A stretch of DNA of 64,000 nt from Diadema antillarum (taxonomy: Eukaryota). Within the stretch, counting starts at the first letter, position 1. Each line of letters opens with the position of its first letter. A program made the translations under genes and the position numbers. The DNA lies in contig NW_027271017.1 of the NCBI RefSeq assembly GCF_040938485.1, forward strand, positions 7,068,001-7,132,000. Direction: 5' to 3'. Positions 12,401-24,895 of the stretch are shown here, one piece after another. The notes under the pieces were generated by a model. That model saw only the letters and a list, made by a program, of their open reading frames with translations. It had not been told where the DNA came from and did not search any database.

Positions 12401-15400
12401 TGGATTTGTATGTGAAAATCTGAGTACTCCATGAAATGAAATGGAATATTATCATAATTATGTGTGACACTATTATCACATCAGTCTTAACAACCAAAAC
12501 AACATATTTTGTAGCTAGAAAAGCTGGATGAGAAATAAAGTCAAGTATGTATGGCATATAACAACTAATCTGTAAGAAAATCCAAATCTATGGCAAAAAC
12601 ATTAAAATGTGCTTCCTACTGACTTCAGTGGCATTCGCAAATATTGTCTGATGTGAATGACTGCCTCACCTGACTGGAAGACATATCTGGCTAGTCCCTG
12701 CATAAGCTCTGCTGGCCAGGTAGGGGGCGCCGTCTCAGTCGGTTCTTTCTTCAGTCGGAAGGTCAGCTCGAAACCGAAGCCACTTGGGCCATTGGGTCCT
12801 GATGGAATCCTATAAAGAAACAGATAAGCAGAACTTACGAATGTGTGTCACCTATCAATTCTCTTCTTCTCTCTTTCTTCCTCCACTTCTTCCTCATCCT
12901 CCTCATCTTCTGTGCAGAACTTCTTTTGAGTATACTTGTTCAATTCAAAGTATAATACCTTTTCATGTTCAAGCTGGCTTTGCCATACGTAAACAGAAAG
13001 ATCAAAGGTTTAAGTTTTCTTGAAGCATGCTTGGGTTTTCATACACTGTGTAGTGATGGGGACAACTGCTTTCTTCCTGGAAAGTTCTCATTATGTCTCT
13101 CATAGTCCTGGATGGTTCCAGAGTAACCAGCTTGAATACTTCATTGTCCAAGCAGAAGCATGGAGCATGATTCACAAACTTGAGAAACTTTTACACAAGA
13201 CATACGCATGGGAACACTGCCAACACATTACCAGAACATTATAAAGGGCGAGAGAGAGAAAAAATGGCAGACACGCTCTGTCACCCCGAAAGATTGTGGG
13301 ATTCATCCTTGACAAGGATGGCGTACCATGGGGACCAAAATATTTCTGGCAACATGCTCACCTGGTTTTGTCCCACCATAAGCCGCCAAAGGTGCACGCA
13401 ACCTTTACAGAATGGGGGACAATGTGGGACATGGCTGTAGCATTTAATCATCTGGAAAATCAACAATGGGGAGGTTGGGAGTAACGCTACATGCGTATCC
13501 ACTCCTCTCTCGTAACAGGAAATCATTTTCTCTTTCAAGTCAACAAGAGTGTTTACTTATTCTCTCTCATCTTTCACCCCCACTTGCTTCTTATTGTCAT
13601 TCGACCCTTTGATGTACAGATAATGCGCATTGTTGCTCTGTCACATGGAAGTACGGATGGAAGAAGTGCTAAAGAAATTGCTCCGCTTCGCTCGGAATCC
13701 CTGCACACGCTCAAAACATTTCATCTCGAGATCACACTAAAGAAAAGCACTCATGTGCCATGTCTAAGCAATCACAATCAAGAAATTAATGAGACTTCAT
13801 TGAGTGATGAGCCACATATTTTGGCTAATCGTGAAATTATAAGGTCTATTACACTACATTACCACATAATTCTCATTCTTCATCACTTTTTCCCAGGCTC
13901 TCACAAAGACACCAGCTACCAAACATCACAGACGCATGATTTACAGTTGCCCTGATAGGAGGGCGAAAAACTTGATGAGTATTTTCTTCTTCTTTTTGCA
14001 GAAAGACTAATGAGGCAGAACAATGCCAGAAGCTTACAGGATGTTTGCTTCTATATGCCATGTTTGCATACCCGTGGGAACTTACTTTAACGGCATGTGA
14101 CTTGGCGCGACTGCATTCCCAAAATAAAGGCCAGTTTAACTAAATGTTCTCAAATTGCTTTTGTTATCTTCTCCCAAAGGGTCTGTTTCTCAGGGATGAT
14201 ATACATTTGAACAGTATTTGAAGTCAAGTCTGCATGCATTTCAATAGCTGTTGCTATGTTTAGGTAGTCAACAGACAAAATTTTTGGTTGCCAAGGGTGC
14301 AACCTTTTTGTTAAAAAGGACATGTACAGACTTCACTTCACGTATCTACCTCTCCAGCCACTCCTCTGGACAATCTCTGATCAACTCAGCCTCAAACGAA
14401 CTCGGCTGATGAATTAGCAATGTTCAATTTGCAGTTAGTGCAGTTGTTCAAATGACCTAAAATCTTAAATTGTCAAAACAGAACAACTGCAAAACTAAAT
14501 ATATATCACTCATATTAATATGTAAACCAACTTGCTTTTATATTTAATAACAAGCTCCCTTGGATGTTCAGAATGTTCTTTCACTGCAACATAAAGAAAC
14601 TATATGTGTTGCATGTGACATACAATTGTTGCAACATCGCTCATAACGATTATGTGTCTCTTCATGTTGTTTTTCTCATATGACTTCTGTCTACTCATGT
14701 GAAGAATGTAACTTTGAAAATTGTGTTGGTGCATTTGTATGAAATCTTTGATTACATTGTATCACACATTTTGGGCATCCATGCAAATCTTACTGAAGCT
14801 TGAATGACAGAAATCTCAGATTTTGTTGCTGTTGTTGTTGTTTTACTTGGGGGGGGGGGGGAGGGGAGAACAGACTAAGCTAAATTAAAGCCAGTAAACA
14901 TCATTTTGTGAGACTGGTTTTAAAATCCCAATGTCTGTGGCAGGGATTTAGCTTTCAACAAAGGAAGAGATTACAAAATGTTTGTTTGAATCCTAGATAC
15001 ATGTACATGACATGTCCAGTTCAACCTCACTTATCTGGCCATCATTTTTCTAGATCTCTCTTTTATCAGGACATGGACTTGTCAACAAACAAACAAATAC
15101 ATTGTGTATTCAAGCACTTTTCATGCAAAATCTTACTGGGACCAAACACAAAGTAATAATCTCATTGCAAATACTAGGCAATAAGAAAAAATGCCAATTG
15201 ATATGATAGGATGTACCTGCTGTCATGCTGATTACTCCTCTGATTGTCTTATCAGGTACCCAGAGAAATGGGAGAAAAACCTTCAAGGTTTGATAGCTTT
15301 GCTTGTCAGCAAATTTACAGAAAATAAGACAATAAAGAAGGGATATCTTCGCTCATATTTGATTTTATGTCCACATCATGTGAATCACAAAGCATGCAAA

Positions 15401-18400
15401 TATCATGCACATAGTCATGGGAATGATAGATTGACGATGGGTTCCAAACCCTTACCTGCTAGAAAGGTAAGCATTGGAACATGTACCATATGAATTAAAA
15501 TGCTCATCCAGCCATATCACTTTAATCCAGATGACTGGTAAAAATTAACTGTTTCTAGACTATACACTTGTACTTCAACACCCGGTGCTTTGGATCCTTT
15601 TTCTGAGTAATAATCTGAACAATTATGGTTACATAAAATTTCTTTGTTGAAACCTTGTCATTACTGGTGGCAACCTGTTTATAGCATCAATCAAAGATGG
15701 AGGTTGGTCCCAGAGAGATTAATCGGGCAACATTCATGAGTCACAAAAGGCAGCTGAATGCAACCGCGGTGAGAATACCTCCTGTGCTGAAGCACAAATA
15801 AACATGTTTATCATTAGTTGGAGTTAAGGAACAGAAATCCACATTATATTCATATTTTTTCAAAATTGTTTTGCAATGAGAGATCCACATTCCTGAAGAA
15901 TCCCTCCACCCCCACTTGTAACAAAGGCAAAGGTATGTGCACACTGTGTACACATAGAAAATGACAATAGTCTCTGTTAATCTATATTGATATGTCAACC
16001 TTCTTTTATAGCCAAGGCTAGATTTGAAATATAGTCCTAGATTGATTGGTGATAGGCACCTGTCAAATAGAAAGAATAGACACGACCAACTTTACCAAAC
16101 AAATGGACCACTGATGGTATCAAAGTGAGAACAGCAGTCCATGTTTGCAACAAAGCCGTGGTGAAATAATCAATGGTGATTGCATTGCATTTAAACATGT
16201 TTGTCGATAATAAGTTGGGAAAGAACTTTTCTCACATTGAGACTGAAAAACAAGAATCCCCGGAATAATAACATCGCCATAAAAATAGTCACCCCCTGCC
16301 TGGGCTTCCAGAGAAAAGCTTGGTATGTGGTGTTACAATAAAAGATCCATATCATAATTAGATCTTGTTTACCATGACTGCAAATATGAATTCATGAAAT
16401 GACAAGAGAGGCTGAACAACCCTATTTTGAATCCACCCTACCTTTTTAACAACACCCTTTAAAGTGTAGAAGAGACTGAAAAACAGGCTTTACAGATTCT
16501 GTACAATAATTAAGGGGCCCTCTCATGCAAATATTTTTAATAATACCATGATCCTTTGGCTGGAAATATCCTCGTCTGACTTCCTTGTTGCTGTGTAAAT
16601 CAATTTCCCATGCTCTCTTTGCCGCAAGGGAACAGATTTATGAAGGAAAACTCATACCATCAAAATTTTCATTTTTAAAGGACTTTGCAGAAAAGGCAAA
16701 ATGGCTCAGGTACATACATTGCAAGCACTTACTGCAGAAAGACTACCACACTTACACTGAGCAAAATAATGGTACCTACATCTGGAATTCTAACTCTCAG
16801 CCATACAAAGATCGTATACAACTGTGTACTGATCAAGATCTTGGTATTGCTGTCATTCATGTGACATACAGTTTTTCAGAAAATGTGACTTCATTACCTT
16901 GTATGTTTTTTCCCTAAAATTGATAGATTCAAACTGTTGAATTGAGATACTGTACAATAGTGTACCATGCCAAACCCTAGATCCCCACCCCCCATACCAC
17001 ACACTTTGATTTGGCCAAGATTTCACAATAAAGTGACTTTAGATAGGTATACCCGTTGAAAACTAGTCATGAGTATACTCGGGCAGGTGTCTCTGGGAAA
17101 TGTGTGTTATAGCAAATCAGTTTGTCCTATTAAAACAGGTTAAGGAATCTGACCAAAGTCAGAAAGTTCCATTGCAGATATTGACTTTTAGAATTCAGCC
17201 CAGAGTAGTTTAGTACAAAATTATTGCTGACCTGGGGCCCGTTTCATAAAACTTGTCATCAATCAGTGACAAGTTGTCATAGATGTGACAAGCTACTGAA
17301 ATCCTTGCATCTGATTAGCTGAGAGCAAATTTGTCATAGAAATGTCGCAATTGTTACTGATGACAAGTTTTATGAAACGGGCCCCTGGACTCTTATGATA
17401 TCTCGGCGTTCAAGGGCTATCAAAACATTATGCACTAACTCTTAAAGGGTGTTTTCTTTAAGTTAAGATTTTATCAAATTGATTGAAACATGCATCCCGA
17501 GTCAGACAACACAAGTCAGTTCAAAATAAACATCTTGTATATGGGTTGGCACGACATGTATGCTACATGTATCATGTATTTAATTGAATGGCTAAAAGAT
17601 GGAGTCTATTGCTCAGTCCGTGGTTGAGTCTGGGCACTTACAAATGTAGCTCGAGCCTGTAGTTTACCTTGCAATCTGTCACGATCATTTATATGCAATA
17701 TGTTATCACATTGCCATGGGTGATGATAGTCACATCATATCAATCTTATCAAAGGACTCTGGAGACTGTACATGTAGTGTTACCAGACATGTGAAATTAA
17801 AATCCCCTTTCATGTGCAAATGTCAAGTCAACATCCTTTTTTGACATGTGTCATCTATCATACTACTGCAATGGCCGATAAAAGCATCTTGGGAATACAG
17901 TCTACACGTACCTCTAGTGCATGGAAGTGAAAAGTGTCATATTATCATTGAAAACTCCAAACAGTTTTAGTTTCGAGAGGAAAACTGACTCTAGATGGTT
18001 TGGTATAAGCTCACAGTGTGTCATTCCACAGTCAACTGGCATTGGGATATCTCACTTCTTTCATATTAACTAGGTGGTTGAGCAAACGACTGCTTCAACC
18101 TATAGCTAAGAAAATACTTCATTATTCATCAAATAAACACTGAAATAGTGACTCCCAAAGCCAGAGCTCATAATTTACAACATAAATCATATAATGCCCT
18201 CAAAGGGCTTTGATAGAAGTAGCAAAAGAACTGTCTATTCAGAACCAAAGAGTGTCTCAATGCGAACTTTTTCAGCAAAGAAACGTTCACAAAAGCTGCA
18301 TGCAAACGGATGCTGATTAATGACTGCTGCTTCTGCCCTGTCATTTCAAGCAAGAGAGCAATTCTATTTATGATATCAAATTGGAAATCTGCCCTTTTGA

Positions 18401-19584
18401 AATAAGTTCTCTTCATGACTTATGATTAAAAAAAATACAGACAAATGGTATCAAGCTATTTTAATCGGCTCACCCAAGGTCTTCGTCTTTAGAGTTTGAC
18501 ATCATAGTATACTTTTTGTGATGTGACACTGTGATGGGTAGCAATGAGTCGGTTTTAAAAATGAAAGCATGTGGTTTTTTTTTCTTTGTGAGATTGGTTG
18601 AGATGGCAAACATGCGACCATGAAAATGTCTTTGTTTCTGGATATGTGCTGCATTCTGTGTGCTGGCAATTATTGAACCCCATCCCCCCCCCCCTTCCTT
18701 GATAGTGACAAAGAAAGAACATGACCCAGAACCATTCCATAGTCTGCTGCCATATATCATCAAAATGCTCTGCAAACAGAAAATGCAGAGACAGTTGACA
18801 AAAGCCTTGCCCCATGACAACTGAAGTCTTTGACCAGCTAATTTTAGCAGGGTTGTATTCTTAGTGACTCACACATGGGGGACAAAAGTTTGTATCACAT
18901 AATACGATGTCAACCCAGATTCCCAGCAATACCATGCTTTACACCATCGGTTAAAAAAAAAATGTGTCTGCTACCTACATTGAAAACCAATGCTTAGTCA
19001 GTTACTACTGCACAGAGCATAAAATTCAGAGTTCAGCCTCATTTCCTGATCCTTGATAATCACAAGATTTTACACCTGACCCACACTTTTATAAATAACT
19101 GCCCTGTCTTTCAGGATTACTTCTCTGATCCTGCTGTCATAACCTGGAACAGTTCAATGATTACAGCACACTGAAAATCTTTAGTGCTGAAAATGAAACT
19201 ACGGTGTACTGATCGTCTTCATTTGGAAGATCATCTTCATTGTCATACGGTGAACCTAAAGCTTTCCTGTTATTGCAATGTTAAGCAAGCAGCAGAGTCT
19301 TCATGCAGAGCTCTCTGCTTCAGCAAAACATGTTGTCTTTGCAGTTTGAATCTGATAATTTGATATCAACACTCTGTTTATGTAGGACATTGTATGTGTC
19401 AGCATGTCCTGCAGAAGAGAGACCAGTAATGCATTCATTTCGTCTCAGTCTCGACAAAAATATCTTGGCTATCTTCTGTTCCAAGTGGGGTGATGACAGA
19501 TAAGACTCAATACTTGCACCGTATGCACAAGCAGACAATATATCATACAATGTTTTCTACAGAACCCATGATGCCACACACATG

Positions 19585-19660
<76 letters not shown>

Positions 19661-22600
19661 GACACATACACACGAGACACTGATACATGTATGTCAGTAG
19701 ACAGACATGTCAACTGTGTGGGAACATGATATACATCTGGCGTGACATTTCCAGCCATAGTAATTGTTTCTGCATTCTCCAATTTCCAAACACGCCTGAG
19801 AGCATTTCCTCCCCCCCCCCCCCCACTGTCTCCTGTCCCTGTTTTTCTCCCATTCTTAATCAATAGGTGATGCCGCTGTGTGCCAACCAAGACACCATCA
19901 TTGTCCACTTACTCATGAACTCGGCCATCTCCGAACAGGTCAGACAGTCCGAAGCTGATGTAATGCCAGTGTGGAGGAATGCCATGTCCAGGTTCACCGG
20001 GGTTGCTGTACATACTGATGAAGTCCAATGGGTCAGGGCCATGTAACCTTCCAAAATGAGGTATGAAGAAAAATTGAATAAACAATCAAAGATACATCAA
20101 AGAAAAAGAAATAGGAATCATTACCAGAGGAATGAGCCAAGCACAGAGTTAAACTAGAAAGGCCAGACAATCAAGTATTTATCTATTTAAGATACCTACC
20201 TGGTATGCAGTGTGCACATTTTCATTTTACAAACACATGTACAAATGTACATGTAAATAGCATTCTAGCACCACAGTTTTCAAGAACAGAGAATTGATAT
20301 TGGCATGCTGATAAAGGCAGCTTGATGCTAAATCAACTAAAACCAAACAGAAACCCAACACAATTAGCTGTACAGGAATCTACCAAGAAAAGTGAGTGTA
20401 AGCTACTGTATCTGTAGCTCAGATAAATCAAATAGAATTTATCACAATAATAATGCACCATCTCTAAGAAAAGAAAAAAAGAAAAGGGAAAGGAGAAAGG
20501 AAATAAAAGAAAGAAAAGAAAAGAAAGGAAAAGAATGCTGCATAGTAGAGGAACTGGTAAGTCTAAAGAGAATCCCATTCACAAATTTATGTCAAGTTGA
20601 CATCACAAAAAAAAAAAAAAATGTAGTTGTGATACGTAGCTTTGATCTTAAATTTGGCATAGTTGGTGTATTTTTTAATAATGCAAAATCATTTCACAGT
20701 CGATTATGATCTAAACATATTTGATTCTGTCCATCCAGTTCTAATTGCAAATTAAACATTGTGTAGTACTGTTGTACACTTTAAAATTGTATTCATTTAA
20801 AGCAGACACTGAGCTGTGCATATTAAATTTCATGGCTCTCTTAATTCTCACTGCTGTTTTGTCAACAAAATACACCTTAGAAATTAAATACATATTGAGC
20901 CACATTTAAGGCAGAAAAAAAAATGCATCACGGTTTGATATTCAGCACTTACAGGTATCTAATGACAACACTATATGTCTTCCATAAACCATGAATTCAC
21001 TGATTGTACATTGTATGTGCTAGATAGGCAAGACTGCTACATGGTTGATTACATATTACATGGGCCAATAGCCAAAGAATCATTGTTCCTTTAGATGAAA
21101 AGCAAATCTGAACATCTAACAAGCATCTCTGAGCATTCTGAAAGGGATTCATGCCATATTGCCACACCCCTGACACATGTACACGTACATTGTATGCACC
21201 TGGGAATTAAAGCTGATCTTTAGTCAAGTTTCCCTCACTGATTCCTTCGAGTACACCAAAACCTTTTATCGTCAAAACTACAGGCAAAAGGACTTTTTTT
21301 TTCTGTAAAGCTTGATAGGTTTATATTTCTCTTGTCATATTTCAGTATAAAGACACAATAACACATGCAAAGGAAGTGCAATTGAGTGGCACTCCACTGT
21401 GTGTGGTAAAGACTGAATAGTGGATTAACAAACTATAACTTTAGGGGGGGGGGGAAGAAAGGGAATGGGAGAGGTAAAGTGGGAATCAGTTCTGGGTTCC
21501 TAGCCAAGCTGTGTAAATGTAGGCCTATTCTGAATCACATTGCATGACCAACTGTCATAATGCACCAACTGTGGCATTGATGATTGATTGAACAACTAGA
21601 TATTCATCTACGAATGACAGTTGACCAGCTTCAAAGGAGAGTATTCAACCTATACAGTATATGTATTCGGCTGATGTTACCTTGCATGATATGAATCATC
21701 ACAAGAATTCCAAACACCTTGATATTCATGTGACCTTCTAACTTTATATTACATACACTGTACTGATATCATGTAAAAGAATTAAAAAAAAAATGTATCA
21801 AGAATGACTACTAGGCTACAGCTACAAGACTATTTCACAGTCAAATATGAATCATCACAGAATCTTCTTTAACAGGAATAAATCTCTGATGTCAAGCTCT
21901 GTTGTTGTTACATTTGGTATTTTTTAGGCCACGTAAAAAAAAGAAGAAAAAAAAAGGACATTGTAGTTGCTTGTCTGGATTTATGGAGTGAGGTGATATG
22001 GGAGGTCTGTGTGTGTGTGTGTGTGTGGGGGGGGGGGGGGTGTTGCCCCCCTCCAACATTTTTGGCTGTCAAAAGAAAAAAAAACATTAAAAAAAAAATC
22101 ACAACATCCATGAATTTCCAAAGGTTCCATCCTTAGATTCTTCTCATCTAAGCGGGGGTGGGGGATACTTTTGACCTTGACCCACCACCCTCACAATACA
22201 TTCTCCGGCCCCTGATATTATTATTCTGATCTGAAGCCGCTGCATACATGTGTCATTGCAAGTTGGCGATATTCACTGGCATAGTTTAGCACCACCTCGT
22301 ATAATCATTTTCAGGCATGCACAAACTAACCCTAAACATTTCATAACCTAAAATACTTGCATCTGAGTCTCCACAGTCAAGTTAAAGTTGAATATTTGTC
22401 ATTACTTTTGACACTTGTACAAATTTTGGAATGACTTTACTGCTGTGTACACTGTATGTATCATACCTGTACTGACGGCTTCGACTTTGCAGACTCAGAT
22501 GCAAGTGTGTTTGGCTTCGAAATATTTGGGGTGAGTTTACACATGATTGAAAATCATTAATGAGGCGGTGCGAAACCACACTATAGCGGGCACAAGTAAA

Positions 22601-24497
22601 TGTCCTTTCAAACCAAGCTAGGCTCATGAATGAATAATATGCATACAATCAATGAACGTGAGTGTGTGGAGACAACTTGTCAATTTACGACATACTGAGT
22701 ACATGCTGATGTTCTCAATAGCATGCAACGTCTCAGACCCACAGAAGTACCTAAGGCTGCGTTCACATAGAAGTATTCGGTATTCGGTATTCGGTATTCG
22801 CTATTCGGGCACCGAGTACACCATCACCCGCACCGTCAACTCACCATCCCATGCAGTGAGGATTTCTTCCTCCTACATCCCAGCAAATCTTATTAACAAT
22901 TTCTAAACTGCATCAGAATGTCAGTCGACATGCTTATTTTTGCTAAAGGGCAAATCCAGACCAAAAGTGTCATTATTTCATAAACGAGAGACGGTATACG
23001 CTGCAAGAAAATCGAACAAGCTCGATTCCCACTTTGCTATACTTTTCGCAGCTATTCGGTACTTTCGAATAGTGCCCTCCTATGTGAAACGGTGTGAGGA
23101 AATCCTATCGTTCGATTCAAGCTATTCGCGTGCCCTCGAAAAACGAGCCCGAATACCCGAATAGTATACTTCTATGTGAACGCAGCCTTATGCCGATACA
23201 GTTGCTGGTTTTGTAGATCATGATCACAACTGGTAGGTGAATTTCTGATATTGTTTTCAGCTGTCGTATGAGACCACTGAACACAATCCCCCCCAAGAGA
23301 AAAACCATGTAAACAATCCTGTCTATAGCGACCACCTGTCTACAATGGCCACTTTTTTGGTCTCCCTTGGGGTGGCCCCTATAGACAGGTTTGACTGTAG
23401 TAAAAAAAAAAATGATGCGACACCAAAATTGGATGTGCGCGGGAACAAGAAACTACTTTCTTTTTATCTGGTTGGTATCAAAATGAAAGCAGCCAGGAAG
23501 CCATAAAACAAAAAAGAAAATAAGCAAAACAAACAAACAAACAAGAAACAAACTCTATGAGTCTCTTAGCTAATAAACTAGCTATCAAGGGACCAATGTA
23601 GGCCAACATGTATTTTCCGGTCTACACCTTTCACAATCACATTGTACATCAATGCACTATCTGTATGCAAACAATACCAAACTCATAATTCTGGCATCTT
23701 GAACTTTAAACCATATACATTGTAGGCCTACATACTTTAAAAGCAGAAATGTGGCAGTCAGGAAATTCTCTTACATTTTTCAGCACACACTTTTTTTTTT
23801 CTTTTTATGGAGTCTATATTTACACTATTTTATGTTTTGATTCCTCTGAAGTAAATAAATGAGAAATTCATCTCACCTGGCCAGGCACAAACAACTGCTT
23901 AACACTGACAGCAGCACAATACCACAAACATTAATGTAGGGACCTACGATGTGAAGAGTCGTATCAAATTCCAATAACCTGCATAGCTAGATTATTGGGG
24001 GGGGGGGGGGGGGGTGGGAATGAATCATGGGGATATTTGTGATGTGTTTAACTATAGAAGTTACATCTACAGATCTATATACTACTCATGTATGTAAGAG
24101 GGGGAAAAAAAAGAAATAAAAACATGCAGAACGCTATGTTCTAAAACTTTCTCATTTCTGAAAAATGCTGATTTTTTTAGTACCAGAGGTTCTAGACTTC
24201 TAATGTTAAAGAAAATTCACAAAAATGTGGGGGAGGGAGAGATAAAGCCAGATTCTAAATAAAAATGTTGCAAATGTCAATGTTAAGATTTACAAGGTTT
24301 ATTTAACAAAGCAATAACAAGAAAAAAAAATCGCATCTCAGATAGCCTTACCAGTACTTCACGACAGCTGTGACTTGTAAAGGGTTGGGCTGGTCTGGAT
24401 ACAGGCGACGACATGCTGCGTACACAGCTTCCAAACCCGCCGGTAGCACTGGGCCCGATGTTTGTCCAATTTCCGCCCCTTGCCTCTGCTGCTCCAT
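3406..24497 (-). CDS. SUFU: Suppressor of fused homolog, Hedgehog/Gli repressor; 10 coding exons, 1386 nt, 461 aa
   Basis: join(complement): 24352-24497, 19913-20047, 12670-12809, 10252-10394, 9224-9309, 8585-8781, 8002-8260, 6485-6623, 4981-5049, 3406-3477. All introns are GT-AG with consistent phases. Translation has SUFU hallmarks LYPDQPNPLQVTAVVKYW, GPDPLD, GFGFELTFRL, GDHVSWHSPLD, TDMRRGETIFE, HGRHFTFK, GPWLQ. Confidence 0.97.
4143..4610 (+). mobile_element. Tc1/pogo-like MITE, decayed
   Basis: TA|TAGTCCAACCTCAGTTAT left end, degenerate right end; collinear with 51615-52062. Confidence 0.6.
4981..5049 (-). CDS. SUFU: SUFU coding exon 9/10 (LLISADFADEMSNDLECLPSRES)
   Basis: attatag|CTC ... 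AGT|gtgagt; 69 nt; aligns with human ILLTEEFVEKMLEDLE. Confidence 0.9.
5183..5330 (+). mobile_element. MITE, hAT5-like, 5-bp TSD
   Basis: TIR CAGGGGCGGATCCAG/CTGGATCTGCCACTG (13/15); TATGG both sides. Confidence 0.75.
6485..6623 (-). CDS. SUFU: SUFU coding exon 8/10 (GRIKHGRHFTFK...GPWLQ)
   Basis: catacag|G ... CAG|gtaaga; 139 nt. Confidence 0.95.
6821..7714 (+). mobile_element. Tandem pair of related Harbinger-like MITEs rich in AACCG/TACCG/GTATG pentamers
   Basis: Unit 2 (7295-7714) has TIR GGGTGCATTTGAGTGCTCT/AGAGCGCTCGAATGCACCC; unit 1 (6821-7291) has decayed versions; CTA flanks the whole block. Confidence 0.55.
7937..7991. repeat. 11-bp tandem repeat x5
   Basis: CTGAAGGGTCA x2 plus three variants. 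Confidence 0.85.
8002..8260 (-). CDS. SUFU: SUFU coding exon 7/10 (ETEQIRQALTRGL...LALAL), disordered region
   Basis: cttgtag|AA ... AG|gtttgt; 259 nt. Confidence 0.93.
8585..8781 (-). CDS. SUFU: SUFU coding exon 6/10 (AGGEWLVTDMRRGETIFE...RISQL)
   Basis: ttgacag|A ... G|gttagt; 197 nt. Confidence 0.93.
8932..9174 (+). mobile_element. TA-flanked CTGTA...TACAG MITE
   Basis: TA|CTGTAAATA ... TATACAG|TA; internally homologous to 42662-42875. Confidence 0.65.
9224..9309 (-). CDS. SUFU: SUFU coding exon 5/10 (IVGVCTEELQASQRWNGPGMLELLKSMEV)
   Basis: cgtacag|ATT ... GT|gtgagt; 86 nt. Confidence 0.95.
9303..9669. repeat. 31/27-bp minisatellite, about 12 units, overlapping the SUFU exon 5 acceptor
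   Basis: Unit (GATA)GATATTCAAAGACAACAATCTGTGAGA; spacings 31,31,31,31,31,27,31,31,27,27,31. Confidence 0.95.
10252..10394 (-). CDS. SUFU: SUFU coding exon 4/10 (GNTLCNGDHVSWHSPLD...VNFIQ)
   Basis: ctgcag|GA ... CAG|gtagtc; 143 nt. Confidence 0.95.
11203..11287 (+). mobile_element. 85-bp piggyBac-like MITE
   Basis: Homolog of 31212-31296; right end GGG|TTAA. Confidence 0.7.
11971..12127 (+). mobile_element. Harbinger-like MITE (CTG TSD), decayed
   Basis: CTG|GACCCCATTTCATA ... |CTG; right TIR degenerate. Confidence 0.5.
12670..12809 (-). CDS. SUFU: SUFU coding exon 3/10 (IPSGPNGPSGFGFELTFRL...YVFQS)
   Basis: ttctttatag|G ... G|gtgagg; 140 nt. Confidence 0.95.
17052..17139 (+). mobile_element. 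piggyBac-like MITE, decayed
   Basis: Homolog of 31212-31296; CCCGTTG ... CAGG|TTAA. Confidence 0.6.
17235..17384 (+). mobile_element. Harbinger-like MITE, intact
   Basis: Perfect 27-bp TIR GGGCCCGTTTCATAAAACTTGTCATCA; CTG TSD both sides. Confidence 0.9.
19575..19680. repeat. (CA)n microsatellite
   Basis: Pure (CA)26 at 19601-19652 with imperfect flanks. Confidence 0.95.
19913..20047 (-). CDS. SUFU: SUFU coding exon 2/10 (LHGPDPLDFISMY...GDGRVHE)
   Basis: ttggaag|G ... GA|gtaagt; 135 nt. Confidence 0.95.
22755..23187 (+). mobile_element. MITE with 21-bp TIR and (TATTCGG)n subterminal repeats
   Basis: GGCTGCGTTCACATAGAAGTA / TACTTCTATGTGAACGCAGCC; flanks TAA and TTA, so the TSD is ambiguous (TWA or TA). 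Confidence 0.8.
23310..23397 (+). mobile_element. Short Tc1/pogo-like MITE
   Basis: CCTGTCTATAGCGACCAC ... GTGGCCCCTATAGACAGGTTTGACTG|TA; a more decayed copy lies at about 1160-1231. Confidence 0.7.
24352..24497 (-). CDS. SUFU: SUFU coding exon 1/10 (MEQQRQ...VVKYW)
   Basis: ATG at 24497; ends TG|gtaagg. The ORF-track start at 24584 is a TTG. Confidence 0.9.
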
Positions 24498-24807
24498 AAT
24501 TGATTGAACAACTTGTGCGGATTCCCTATCAATAATGTCCGATAAGAATGAACCCACTATACTTGAAACTTTGTACTCCGTCAAGTATCCTAGAGGAGAG
24601 AGGATAAGGGAGAATATTAGTGCCTCAAACGGTGCTCAAAAGCTGTGGGAACAGCCAACAGTTTACGAACGATCCACAGGCAATCCTCGCTCGGTAGTTA
24701 TGTGCAGTGCTTAGCGTAAAAACACAGGCCGAACCTTGCGAATGCATACATGTACAACGCGGTGTGACTGCGCTCGCACCACCACCTCCCACACACACTG
24801 CACTCAC

Positions 24808-24895
24808 CTACCCAAGTGTCTCGATCCCTTGCTGCGCTGGTGGTCTCGATCTTGTCGGCAGAGCGACGGGTACTGGGCGATGTCCTGTCTTCCAC
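24808..24895 (-). other. SUFU: Probable upstream leader exon of SUFU (5' boundary unknown)
   Basis: Consensus donor TAG|GTGAGT at 24807; pyrimidine tract plus AG acceptor (cccttatcctctctcctctag|G) at 24590; implies a 218-nt intron at 24590-24807. Confidence 0.6.

Noticed and set aside
13180-13955. Cluster of 62-154 aa ORFs in SUFU intron 2
   Set aside because: Several start at non-ATG codons, there are no domain motifs or splice support, and the length is compatible with chance.
17590-17660. tRNA or tRNA-derived SINE head
   Set aside because: Only loose A/B-box resemblance, no cloverleaf and no second copy.
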